From: a virus
Strand: one strand, 5' to 3'
DNA: 64,000 nucleotides
Virus record (IMG/VR): IMGVR_UViG_3300047121_000347
Span: 1 to 64,000 of that record
Positions 37,095-45,470 of the stretch are shown one piece after another (the stretch's first letter is position 1; each line of letters starts with the position of its first letter). Position numbers and translations under genes: made by a program. The notes beneath the pieces are model-generated. The model saw only the letters and a program-made list of their open reading frames with translations. It did not search any database and was not told where the DNA came from.

Positions 37095-38622
37095 CGAACC
37101 TCTCCTCCAAAACATTCCAGTACCGCCCACGTTTTATAACGCGAATCTCCCTGGGCTGGCGCGGCGCATTACGCAACGCCCACAAGACATTTTTCGCCGG
37201 CGAGGGCAACCGCACCGCCAACGCCCGCTCGTTGAAAAACCGCACCGCCCGCTGATCGGGCCGGGCAGGATTGATGAACTGCGACGCCTGAAGCCGAGCG
37301 CCCTCGGGGGTGGTGCAGTTGTAATTGACCATCAGCACCGGGGTGGCGGGGTCGCGCCGCGTTGTAATCGCCACACTGTTGACCGTTTGAACCTGCGCCG
37401 TAAGCACTGCGCCGTCTTGCGCCTCTCGGCCCGTCATCGGGTCAATGGGGGTAAGCGTTATCAAGCCCGGCCGCAGTTCCCTCTCGCCGCGTTCTCGGGG
37501 CGTGGCGGGGACCTGCTGAAGTTGATCGGCGTCGCCTTTCTCGCGGTAATACGTCTCCATCATATCAACGCCGCCTAGCCGGATGAGGTTGCCGACGTAA
37601 TCCAAGATGAGGCAGTTGCGCTTGCTTTCGTGAAGCCGAGTGCCGCGCCCTTGCATCTGCACCCACAACGATGAGGACAGCGTAGGGCGCAGGCACACGA
37701 TGCAGTCCAGCGCCGGGTGGTCGAACCCGGTCGTGAGCATATCAACCGAACACAACACCCGCGTCTCCCCGCTCATGAACCGGCCCAGCACGGCCTGGCG
37801 TTGCTCCTCGTCGAGGGCGCTCGTCAGCACCTCGGTCGACCAACCCGTCATGGCCCCGATGATCAGCGCCGCCCGGTCGGCCGCCGCCACCGTGGGGCAG
37901 TAAACGGCAACGTGCCGGCGGCGCGACGCCAACTCCCCAATCGACCGCGCCACGCTAATGAGCCACTCCTGAGTCTCGAGCGACGCCACCTCCGACTGAA
38001 CGTAGTCGCTGTCGATTCGAACCCCACCCACGTCAAGCTGAACGGCGGTCTCAACCCCCACCAAGGGGCAAAGGTAGCCTTCCTTCACGGCGCGGGGCAC
38101 GTTGTAAGAGTACGCCAAGCGGTCGAACCAGAACTGCTCCCCTTCGCCGTGAATCACTCCGTTGTCCATGCGCCACGGGGTGGCGGTCATGGCGATGCGG
38201 CGGGCTTGCGGTTGCCCGCTTAAGACGCGCTCATACTGCGTGGGTTTGCCGTGATTGTGCGGGACGCGATGCGCCTCGTCAATGATGATGAGCTCCGGCG
38301 GGGGCATGCGCCCCGTGGCGCTGATGACGGTCTGAATGGTTCCGTAGATGACCGGCGCGTCGTAGTCGCGGCGCTTCAACCCGGTGCAAACCACGCCCGG
38401 CTCCGAGCCGGTGTGCCGAGCGTAAGTCGCGGCATTTTGCCTGACGAGCTGCTGAACGTGCGTGAGTACCCACGTTCGACCGGGCAGCCGGCGGCGAGCC
38501 AGCTCCGCTATGATGAGGGACTTGCCGGTGCCGGTGGCGAGCTGCAACGCCGGGTTGCCTCCCGCGTTGAGCGCGTCGAGCCCGGCCTCGACCGCCTCAA
38601 GCTGATAGGGTCTCAGGTTCAT
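37087..38622 (-). CDS. superfamily 2 DEAH helicase (YejH/RadD-like)
   Basis: LRPYQ, ATGTGKS, DEAH, TATP, LTTGFD, QM.GRG.R. Confidence 0.92.
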   Translation of the reverse strand: MNLRPYQLEAVEAGLDALNAGGNPALQLATGTGKSLIIAELARRRLPGRTWVLTHVQQLVRQNAATYARHTGSEPGVVCTGLKRRDYDAPVIYGTIQTVISATGRMPPPELIIIDEAHRVPHNHGKPTQYERVLSGQPQARRIAMTATPWRMDNGVIHGEGEQFWFDRLAYSYNVPRAVKEGYLCPLVGVETAVQLDVGGVRIDSDYVQSEVASLETQEWLISVARSIGELASRRRHVAVYCPTVAAADRAALIIGAMTGWSTEVLTSALDEEQRQAVLGRFMSGETRVLCSVDMLTTGFDHPALDCIVCLRPTLSSSLWVQMQGRGTRLHESKRNCLILDYVGNLIRLGGVDMMETYYREKGDADQLQQVPATPRERGERELRPGLITLTPIDPMTGREAQDGAVLTAQVQTVNSVAITTRRDPATPVLMVNYNCTTPEGARLQASQFINPARPDQRAVRFFNERALAVRLPSPAKNVLWALRNAPRQPREIRVIKRGRYWNVLEERFGA

Positions 38623-38663
38623 ATCGTAAAGTTATCGGTTATTGCGAGGTTGAACGATTTTTA

Positions 38664-38692
38664 ATTATGCGCAAACCCCGCCAAGAAGGCAA
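38664..38692 (-). promoter_or_regulatory. putative sigma70 promoter for replication genes
   Basis: TTGCCT-17 bp-CATAAT upstream of the helicase. Confidence 0.6.
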
Positions 38693-38722
38693 GCTATACC
38701 CAACCACCGTGCGGGGTCTTTT

Positions 38723-38950
38723 TCAATGGATTGCGCCGGGACCGTCGAACATACGCTGCCGCACCGCAGCGGCTATCGCCAGCGTGCCGTAGCCATCAGT
38801 ACCCATGCGTTCAATCAGCCGGGCGCACTGCTCGTTCTCGGCCGCCGCAGCGGCAAACATCAACATGTTCACGTTAGCGCGGAGTGCTGCTAAGGTGCGT
38901 TTGATGTCCTCAAGATCCTGCAAGGCGCGTTCGTAGTCGGCGGTGTTCAT
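38723..38950 (-). CDS. hypothetical protein
   Basis: 75 aa; AAENEQCARL...IAAAVR. Confidence 0.55.
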   Translation of the reverse strand: MNTADYERALQDLEDIKRTLAALRANVNMLMFAAAAAENEQCARLIERMGTDGYGTLAIAAAVRQRMFDGPGAIH

Positions 38951-38953
38951 CGC

Positions 38954-39163
38954 TCATCCTTTCGTTGGGTAAAAAGTTACGAAGTCGCTGGCGACGTGAA
39001 TCGTGGCCGTGCAGCCGAGGTTGCGGCATACCTGCTCGGCCCAGTCTTGAATCGCTCTCAAGGCTGGCACTTCGGGCGGGTACGCTTGCTCAAGCAACGC
39101 AAGACTAATGGTTGCGTCTTTGCCACACAGTACTTGGCTGGCGATCCAGGCTTCGTAGTTCAT
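38954..39163 (-). CDS. hypothetical protein
   Basis: 69 aa in a tightly packed array. Confidence 0.5.
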   Translation of the reverse strand: MNYEAWIASQVLCGKDATISLALLEQAYPPEVPALRAIQDWAEQVCRNLGCTATIHVASDFVTFYPTKG

Positions 39164-39165
39164 GC

Positions 39166-39399
39166 CTACCCCCTTGCTCGAATCAACTCAAACAAATGCT
39201 TCAACAAAGATTCATCAGAATCGGACAGATCGTCGCGCTCAGCATAATCAAACAGAACCTTTGCACACGCCTCACGCTCGGCAGCGGCAACAAGAGCGGC
39301 GAAGCGTTCAAGCTCATGCACCATCAGTAAATGGGGTGTTTCAATGGCTTGCTTAATGTTAGCCTCCCGCGCCATGCGGATTATTTCATCTTGGGTCAT
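39166..39399 (-). CDS. hypothetical protein (IIRMAREA...ERFAALVAAAERE family)
   Basis: ATG 39399; shares blocks with 39787-40056. Confidence 0.55.
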   Translation of the reverse strand: MTQDEIIRMAREANIKQAIETPHLLMVHELERFAALVAAAEREACAKVLFDYAERDDLSDSDESLLKHLFELIRARG

Positions 39400-39400
39400 T

Positions 39401-39538
39401 TCAATACCCCCATCGAATACGGAAGCACACCAGATACAGGTGCAGTACAAATTCGCTGCCACTGCTCATGAACCCCACGGCGAAGCAGGGCCACTTGCGC
39501 GGCAAGAATTCAGTAGTTAGATGTAAACTTTTTCGCAT
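39401..39538 (-). CDS. small hypothetical protein (45 aa, not in ORF track)
   Basis: MRKSLHLTTEFLPRKWPCFAVGF...RWGY*; fills the gap exactly, GAGG SD. Confidence 0.4.
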   Translation of the reverse strand: MRKSLHLTTEFLPRKWPCFAVGFMSSGSEFVLHLYLVCFRIRWGY

Positions 39539-39541
39539 ACA

Positions 39542-39784
39542 TTACCTCTGTGGGTTAAAGCCAAGCCGACGCATACCCAACTCAATGAGCATTGCGGCGT
39601 CCTCAAGGCGGTTCTGACTACTGCTCATGCCGGTCTGCCATTCGCCGCCTACGCGTTTGCCGACAATAGCCACCGTGACGACCTCCCCAGATTTGGCGTC
39701 TTCCAGCCACTGCTCCAACATTTCTATGGCATCAGAGTTGTCAGGGGTTGTAGCCTTGATGAACGGTTTGATGTTGCCTGTCAT
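39542..39784 (-). CDS. hypothetical protein
   Basis: ATG 39784 after AGGAG; LEQWLEDAKSGEV. Confidence 0.55.
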   Translation of the reverse strand: MTGNIKPFIKATTPDNSDAIEMLEQWLEDAKSGEVVTVAIVGKRVGGEWQTGMSSSQNRLEDAAMLIELGMRRLGFNPQR

Positions 39785-39786
39785 GT

Positions 39787-40056
39787 TTAACTCCTTGCTC
39801 GTATAGCGCCTGCGCTGTAGTCGGGACGAACCCACTTGCTTTTTGCCACGGCGATGCAGTCGTTCGAATCCAGCATGTAATCGCCTTCGGTGACGCAGTA
39901 ATCGTCTTCCTCTTTGATCGCCTTGCAGATGCGCTCACGCTCGGCGGCAGCAACAAGGGCGGCGAAGCGTTCAAATAATTCGAGGTTTGCGCCCGTGTAT
40001 GAGACTGGGTTAAAACCAGCCTCTCGCGCCATGCGGATGATGTCTTCTCTGTTCAT
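39787..40056 (-). CDS. hypothetical protein (IIRMAREA...ERFAALVAAAERE family)
   Basis: ATG 40056; ends AIRARS. Confidence 0.55.
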   Translation of the reverse strand: MNREDIIRMAREAGFNPVSYTGANLELFERFAALVAAAERERICKAIKEEDDYCVTEGDYMLDSNDCIAVAKSKWVRPDYSAGAIRARS

Positions 40057-40232
40057 AGGTTTACATTCCAATAATGTAGTTTGGTCATTTCAAGTACACC
40101 GATCACGGTTGCAACGGTCATGTGGTCGTACTTAGGAGAGTTAACCAAAGCTCTTATGTCGTTCATCAAATCAATCCCCATAGCTTTTTGATCGGACGAT
40201 GGGATGACTGTTAACTTTTTTTCTCTATCCAT
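40053..40232 (-). CDS. hypothetical protein (59 aa, not in ORF track)
   Basis: MDREKKLTVIPSS...TVIGVLEMTKLHYWNVNL*; overlaps both neighbours. Confidence 0.5.
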   Translation of the reverse strand: MDREKKLTVIPSSDQKAMGIDLMNDIRALVNSPKYDHMTVATVIGVLEMTKLHYWNVNL

Positions 40233-40683
40233 GATTCTTCTCCTTTAGCTTGGCTTCGATGAGGTCACGTAGTTTCAACAGAGAATCGTCACAAACCTCT
40301 CCGTCTGCTGACCACCAGTGCATCGCCTCTGGGTCATCGTCGTTGTCGTAATCCTCATGAATATCAAATCCTGCTTTCCAAGCCGCGACCATGACCTCCT
40401 CATCTGTCAGCCCAACCCATTCAGCAGCCTTTGGTGGTGCGGTGTACAGGGGTGATCGACCTTCGCCAGCAGATTTGTAAATCGTGCCGCATCCGACCGA
40501 ATCAAAATGCTCACGCACCTCATCAATCTTTACCCAGCCCTCTACTGCGTTCCAGTATTCAAACGGCTCTGTCTCCAGTGCTTGGCGTAGAGCTTTGACG
40601 GCTTCGTCAAACCTTTGAACGCTCATCCTGCTTTGATATAACTCCAGCGCCCCAAGCGCCAACTGCATAGCTTCTCTGCTCAT
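40225..40683 (-). CDS. hypothetical protein
   Basis: MSREAMQLAL.AL...PLYTAPP..EWVGLTDEE...IEAKLKEKN, a pattern common in betaproteobacterial phage accessory genes. Confidence 0.6.
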   Translation of the reverse strand: MSREAMQLALGALELYQSRMSVQRFDEAVKALRQALETEPFEYWNAVEGWVKIDEVREHFDSVGCGTIYKSAGEGRSPLYTAPPKAAEWVGLTDEEVMVAAWKAGFDIHEDYDNDDDPEAMHWWSADGEVCDDSLLKLRDLIEAKLKEKNHG

Positions 40684-40895
40684 GTTTTCTCTCCTGTTGC
40701 TTTAGCGATAGCAGCACGGGCTTTTGCGGCCGACTGCTGCATGTGTTCTTCCATGTGCTCAACAGCATGAAAGCTAGTGACCATGCCCCAAAGCGCCTCT
40801 AGCAGGTCTTGGTTCACCGCATGCAGGCGGCGCAGTTCTTCATGCGCTCGGCGAAGTGCTTCAGCCAAGTGCATTTCTTCAGGTTGCGGGTTCAT
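40680..40895 (-). CDS. hypothetical protein
   Basis: ELRRLH..N.DLLEAL...ARAAIAKATGE; ATG 40895. Confidence 0.55.
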   Translation of the reverse strand: MNPQPEEMHLAEALRRAHEELRRLHAVNQDLLEALWGMVTSFHAVEHMEEHMQQSAAKARAAIAKATGEKT

Positions 40896-41236
40896 GCGAG
40901 TTCCTCCGGAATGTGAACGGTGTCGCCGAGTTTCGACGCCACATAGCAGCGCATGGCTGAAATGAGGGGGGTGGGGCCGTACTGGGAATTGCAAATGCCG
41001 TTGCTGAACGGGTCACGCTGATAAGAGCGCCAGCCTTTGTTGATGGTGGGCTTGCAGAAAATCCCCTCGCGCTCAATAATCGGCCCGCCTTGTGCCCAGT
41101 CGGTTGAGTAGTGAAACTCAGCATCGCCATCACCCTCCGCGTCGCGGTAGAACAGGCGGAACGCTTCTTCGTCCACTCCTTCGCACTTCGCGACCGCCCA
41201 GTCGAGGGCGGGGCCGGATAGTTCATTGGTTTTCAT
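40892..41236 (-). CDS. NinX-like (DUF2591) protein
   Basis: ELSG.ALDWAVAKCEG, YSTDWAQGGPIIERE.I, GPTPLI.AMRCYVASKLG. Confidence 0.75.
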   Translation of the reverse strand: MKTNELSGPALDWAVAKCEGVDEEAFRLFYRDAEGDGDAEFHYSTDWAQGGPIIEREGIFCKPTINKGWRSYQRDPFSNGICNSQYGPTPLISAMRCYVASKLGDTVHIPEELA

Positions 41237-41487
41237 GCGCGGTCTCCTGCGTGTAGTTGCCAATCCTCAACGGGTTCGGGCTGCCGGGCATACCCCGCCG
41301 GGAGCATCTCCGCTTTTATGTGCTCGGGGATGAGCGGCAACGGTGCCCAAGCCAACGCCCACGCACCCCAGGTTCCGATGACGCACACGCCCCCTCGGTT
41401 CAGGAGGAGCATTTTCACGCCCAGCGGCGGGGGTTCCTCGGCGGGCAGTCGCCACGTGGACTGACCCGCGACGTAGTTCTTCACCAT
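41233..41487 (-). CDS. hypothetical protein
   Basis: PP.GVKMLLL..GGVCVIG.W...AWAPLP. Confidence 0.55.
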   Translation of the reverse strand: MVKNYVAGQSTWRLPAEEPPPLGVKMLLLNRGGVCVIGTWGAWALAWAPLPLIPEHIKAEMLPAGYARQPEPVEDWQLHAGDRA

Positions 41488-41795
41488 CTTTGTTTCTCCT
41501 CTTTATACGTGAGTGCGGTCACCCGATCGCGCAGCTCGTCCAGCTGAGCGAGCAGCTCTTGTAGCTCCGTGGCGTGCACCATGACGTAGTCGTTGCGTTG
41601 CGCCAGCTCGCGCACCACCGCCAACGAGCCGTCGTCCGCAGTGGCGTCCAGGAACCCTTCGCAAAGGCACACGTAGCGTCCGGCGCTGTGACTGGCGTTG
41701 CGGTCAAAACCGTGCGGGTGTGCGGGGTCTTGTGAGCAGCTCAGCTCGTCATCGAGGCTGCCGGGGTCGCCGCGCATATTGCGTTTCTTTTGCAT
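41481..41795 (-). CDS. hypothetical protein
   Basis: C...P.HPHGFDRNASHS.GRYVC.CE motif; GGAG SD. Confidence 0.55.
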   Translation of the reverse strand: MQKKRNMRGDPGSLDDELSCSQDPAHPHGFDRNASHSAGRYVCLCEGFLDATADDGSLAVVRELAQRNDYVMVHATELQELLAQLDELRDRVTALTYKEEKQRW

Positions 41796-41811
41796 TTTCA
41801 GTTCTCCATAG

Positions 41812-42732
41812 TTATCGTAAATCTCTTTTATCGTTCCAATCGCGTTGGCTATCGACGGGTATATCTTTCACGGCATCGTGTTGAGCTTGGATGATAGCGT
41901 CAGAACCAACGTTGATGAATATAGCACCGGGTGCTGCATACTGTTCGAAACTCTTCCAACACTTAGCATCATAGTTTACGGTGGAGTCGAACGGCGGGCG
42001 CAGCTCTTCGGCTACCGGTTTCAGGAACGGTAACGTAGATCCAATGATCTTTGCGTGGCCGATTTCGCCGGGTTGCATGTTTCGCGCAACCGCAATACCT
42101 TTGCATTTAGTGTTCGGCCAAGCGATCTGAAACGCTCGGATAGCGGTGCCCGTCGAAACGCTCATCCAAACTTCGGTCGGTTCGCCACCAATTTGCTCGC
42201 TGATCCGAGCAGCCAGCTTCACGAGTCCCGCAGTCACCAACGGCGCTTTCGACAACCCCGGTGGTAAATATTCAGCACCATGCTTTTCAGCCCAAGCCTT
42301 TGCCCAACCGTTCAGGTTCGGCATGCGGACGATCTTAGCGAACCGTAGCTCAGCACCATGGTAAAGCAGAGCGCGTTGATGCACTGAGAGCTCTTTGGCT
42401 GCAGGGCAAAAGAAAACACACTTTTTACCATACAGTTTGCCGAGCGTCGCAATCGCGTTGGGGGCCATGCCGGCCCGAGGTGCTACGTAAACGAGTTTGT
42501 CGCTCTGGGTTTGTGCGATGAGCTGCTCGGCTCCGTAACCCTTGAGGCTGATCTGGCTCAAGTCACCTCGAAAAACCCATCGATTGCCATGCGAGATAAC
42601 GACTGGCGGAGTTAATTTAGATACGAATTTACTGCTCATCGACAAATAATGTTCGCGTGCTCGGTGCACGTCCATTCCGGTCGGGATGTCGCGGTTAGTG
42701 CGGTCTTCGGTTACGGTGAACATTAGACTCAA
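41812..42732 (-). CDS. fold-type II PLP-dependent enzyme, putative DNA-modification decarboxylase
   Basis: VFRGDL...LK (candidate Schiff-base Lys), LVYVAPRAG.A, SVSTGT phosphate loop, PPFDS..NYDAK.W, FINVG; start 42732 or 42723. Confidence 0.75.
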   Translation of the reverse strand: MSLMFTVTEDRTNRDIPTGMDVHRAREHYLSMSSKFVSKLTPPVVISHGNRWVFRGDLSQISLKGYGAEQLIAQTQSDKLVYVAPRAGMAPNAIATLGKLYGKKCVFFCPAAKELSVHQRALLYHGAELRFAKIVRMPNLNGWAKAWAEKHGAEYLPPGLSKAPLVTAGLVKLAARISEQIGGEPTEVWMSVSTGTAIRAFQIAWPNTKCKGIAVARNMQPGEIGHAKIIGSTLPFLKPVAEELRPPFDSTVNYDAKCWKSFEQYAAPGAIFINVGSDAIIQAQHDAVKDIPVDSQRDWNDKRDLR

Positions 42733-42911
42733 TGCTCCTCGGTGGCTTTGATTGACTCGACCTCGACGTCGTGGTCGTTGACGTTAGGGTAGTCGCTTTC
42801 GTAAAGCTCTTCGATGGCGAGCTCGGCAGCTGCTTCAGCGTTCTCGGCTTCGACTTGAATACGCACAAAACTAGTCAGGCGTAATTCGACTTCAAAGGTT
42901 TTCTTTTCCAT
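42729..42911 (-). CDS. small acidic hypothetical protein
   Basis: ATG 42911 after GGAG; VEAENAEAA.ELA. Confidence 0.55.
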   Translation of the reverse strand: MEKKTFEVELRLTSFVRIQVEAENAEAAAELAIEELYESDYPNVNDHDVEVESIKATEEH

Positions 42912-42961
42912 GTTTAGTTCTCCAATTAAGTTATTGAGTTGTTTCATTTACCACTGACCGA

Positions 42962-42990
42962 ACTATAGTGCACTTTTTTGCTGCTGAAAA
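42962..42990 (-). promoter_or_regulatory. possible leftward promoter of the early arm
   Basis: TTTTCA-17 bp-TATAGT in an AT-rich patch; weak -35. Confidence 0.3.
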
Positions 42991-43062
42991 GAAAATCATT
43001 CAAGCAGCCGCTGAGCGGTTCAATGAGGTAGTTGAACGGCATTGAATTAGCCTTAACAAGCC

Positions 43063-43504
43063 ATCGTTTGGGCGATCGTTCGGGGTGATCGTTCGACCAA
43101 ACGATCGACCAAACGATCGGTTTCAGAGCGGCTAAAACGTTCGACGGTCAGTGGTTGCCATTAGGGGTGTAGCATGTTGCCGTTAGGGACTTAAAAAAGA
43201 CCGTTCGAGGAACCTTAAAAGTGATCGTTCGTTTGGTTTGATCGTTCTTAAAGAAACCGACCGAACGAACGATCGATTTTGGGGTTCTTGAGGGAGAGCT
43301 GAGCGGTCGTATTTGGGGTGTGAACGGTAGGGGTTGAATCTGTGCGTAAACGCTCCCTTGTCGCTCTGATCGGCTGCGGTGTGGGGAGGCCAAAGGCACT
43401 CCCCCACACTCCGCCCAATCCGAGCTCCTGAGCTTGCGTTGGCTGCGATCGTTCGGTCGGCTAATCGTTCGAACGATCGACCAAACGATCAAAACCGAAC
43501 GATC
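43063..43504. repeat. three clusters of ATCGTT/AACGAT repeats (13 copies)
   Basis: Forward at about 43063, 43075, 43088, 43224, 43241, 43448, 43464; reverse at about 43100, 43112, 43268, 43472, 43484, 43498. Confidence 0.85.
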
Positions 43505-43514
43505 GAAAATATGG

Positions 43515-43543
43515 TTGCCGACTGCGAAAAACGTGGGTATAAT
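43515..43543 (+). promoter_or_regulatory. sigma70 promoter of the late arm
   Basis: TTGCCG-17 bp-TATAAT, ending 10 nt before the terS ATG. Confidence 0.7.
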
Positions 43544-43552
43544 CCGGCGAAT

Positions 43553-44026
43553 ATGAAAGTAGAAAAACCCTTGCAAGAAAAAGCTCCGGGCGAAAAGCGC
43601 CGCTCTGGAGGTGCGCAGCCCGGTGCGGGCCGACCGGCGTTTGTGCCCACGAAGACCGAGCGGGAGCTGGTCGCGACGCTCTCGGGGTATGGGTTGCCGC
43701 AGGATCAGATTGCGATTTTGGTCCGCGAGGGCATCGACCTCAGCACCCTGCGTAAGCACTTTGAGCGGGAGCTGCTGCTCGGCAAGGCGCACGCCAACAG
43801 CAAAGTCGGCAAGACGCTTTTTACCAAAGCCGTCGAGGGCGACACGGCCTCGGCCATATGGTGGTCGAAGACGCAGCTGCGTTGGGCCGAAACGCATCGC
43901 ATCCAGCACGCCGGAGCGGACGATGGGCCGCTGCGGGTTGAGGTAAACGTATTTGACGAGATTCTGAAAAACATCGAGCTCAAACGGCGCACGTCCGATG
44001 AGGGCGGCGGTAGTGGGCGCGGCTGA
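43553..44026 (+). CDS. terS: terminase small subunit
   Basis: GAGRP.F.PT...V..L..YG.PQ.QIA...TLRKHF..EL..GKA.AN..V...LF.KA..GD....IWW.KT; immediately before terL; probable ATG 43553. Confidence 0.75.
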   Translation: MKVEKPLQEKAPGEKRRSGGAQPGAGRPAFVPTKTERELVATLSGYGLPQDQIAILVREGIDLSTLRKHFERELLLGKAHANSKVGKTLFTKAVEGDTASAIWWSKTQLRWAETHRIQHAGADDGPLRVEVNVFDEILKNIELKRRTSDEGGGSGRG

Positions 44027-45470
44027 TTCGGCGCTCCGGGACCTGCTGCAAGACGCAAAGCTGCGCGAAGAGTTCGGCCGGCTACCGCTCGAGCGGCAAG
44101 CCGCTTGGGCGTGGCGGGCGCTGTGGCTTTCGAAGGCGCACCTGCATCAGCTGCTGCCCCAGGGCGAATGGTGGAGCATATGGTTGATGTTGGCGGGCCG
44201 GGGCGCGGGCAAGACCCGCACCGCCGCCGAGCAGGTGGGGTGGTGGGCGTGGAGCTACCCCCGGACGCGATGGCTAGTGGCGGCGCCAACCTCCTCGGAC
44301 GTGCGTGGCACCTGCTTTGAGGGCGACTCGGGACTGCTCACCGTGATTCCGCAGGTGCTCATCAGCGAGTACAACAAAGCACTGCACGAGTTGAAGCTGA
44401 CCAACGGCTCGCTGATAAAAGGCATTCCGGCCTCGGAGCCCGAGCGGTTCCGGGGGCCGCAGTTTCACGGTGGATGGTGCGACGAGCTAGCGGCGTGGGA
44501 GTACCTGCAGGAGGCGTGGGACCAGATTCAGTTCGGTGTGCGCCTCAAGCTGCCCGACATGAAGTCCCGCCTGCTCATCACCACGACCCCCAAACCCCGC
44601 GACCTGATTGTTGACCTCATCAGCCGGGAAGGCACCGACGTCACCCTAACCACGGCGAGCACGTACGCGAACGTGGATAACCTGAGTGACAACTTCAAAG
44701 CGCAGATCCTGGCGTATGAGGGTACCAACCTCGGCCGGCAAGAGATCCACGCCGAAGTGATTGACCCGGAAGAAGGGGGTATAGTCAAGCGGGATTGGTT
44801 CAAGCTCTGGCCAGCGGAGAGAGAGCTCCCGAAGCTGGAGTTCATCGTTCAGTCGTACGACTGCGCGTATACGGAGAAGACGCACAACGACCCCACGGCG
44901 TCGATCACCTTCGGAGTGTTCAAGCCGCAAGACGGCCCGATGGGCGTGTTGGTCATCGACGCGTGGCAGGATCACCTGCAGTACCCCGACTTGAAACCCA
45001 AAGTCATCGACGAGTACGACATTGTCTTCGGCGAGGGGCGCAATCTGAAGAAGGTCGACCTCGTGCTCGTTGAGGACAAAGCGGCGGGCATCGTGCTCAT
45101 TCAAGACCTGCAGCGTGCGCATGTGCCGGTGCGGGCGTACAACCCCGGCAAGGCCGATAAGATCCAGCGCCTGAGCATAGTTGCCAACATCGTCCGCGCT
45201 GGCCGGGTCTACATCCCGGAGTCTAGCGCTCGGACGGGCTACGTCCGTGACTGGGCCGAGGGCATGATCACGCAGATCTGTAGCTTCCCCAACGCCACGC
45301 ACGATGACTTTGTGGATGCTTTCAGCCAGGCGCTGCGGTACATGCGCGATGCGGGTTGGCTCAACATTGACCCCGCGCCGCGTGATGACTACGACCCCGA
45401 GGATTACATTGACGCCCTCAATGACTCGGACGACTACACCGGACCCAAGGTGAACCCCTATGCCGCCTAG
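43998..45470 (+). CDS. terL: terminase large subunit
   Basis: AGRGAGKT, RGPQF...WCDE, TTTPK, SYDCA, HDDFVDA. Confidence 0.95.
   Translation: MRAAVVGAADSALRDLLQDAKLREEFGRLPLERQAAWAWRALWLSKAHLHQLLPQGEWWSIWLMLAGRGAGKTRTAAEQVGWWAWSYPRTRWLVAAPTSSDVRGTCFEGDSGLLTVIPQVLISEYNKALHELKLTNGSLIKGIPASEPERFRGPQFHGGWCDELAAWEYLQEAWDQIQFGVRLKLPDMKSRLLITTTPKPRDLIVDLISREGTDVTLTTASTYANVDNLSDNFKAQILAYEGTNLGRQEIHAEVIDPEEGGIVKRDWFKLWPAERELPKLEFIVQSYDCAYTEKTHNDPTASITFGVFKPQDGPMGVLVIDAWQDHLQYPDLKPKVIDEYDIVFGEGRNLKKVDLVLVEDKAAGIVLIQDLQRAHVPVRAYNPGKADKIQRLSIVANIVRAGRVYIPESSARTGYVRDWAEGMITQICSFPNATHDDFVDAFSQALRYMRDAGWLNIDPAPRDDYDPEDYIDALNDSDDYTGPKVNPYAA

Noticed and set aside
43063-43504. CRISPR array or tRNA
   Set aside because: Repeats are 6-13 bp, in both orientations and irregularly spaced; no cloverleaf seen
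43148-43909. 253-aa minus-strand ORF and the N-terminal extension of terS to 43379
   Set aside because: They run through the repeat array and promoter; the translated sequence merely reflects the DNA repeats
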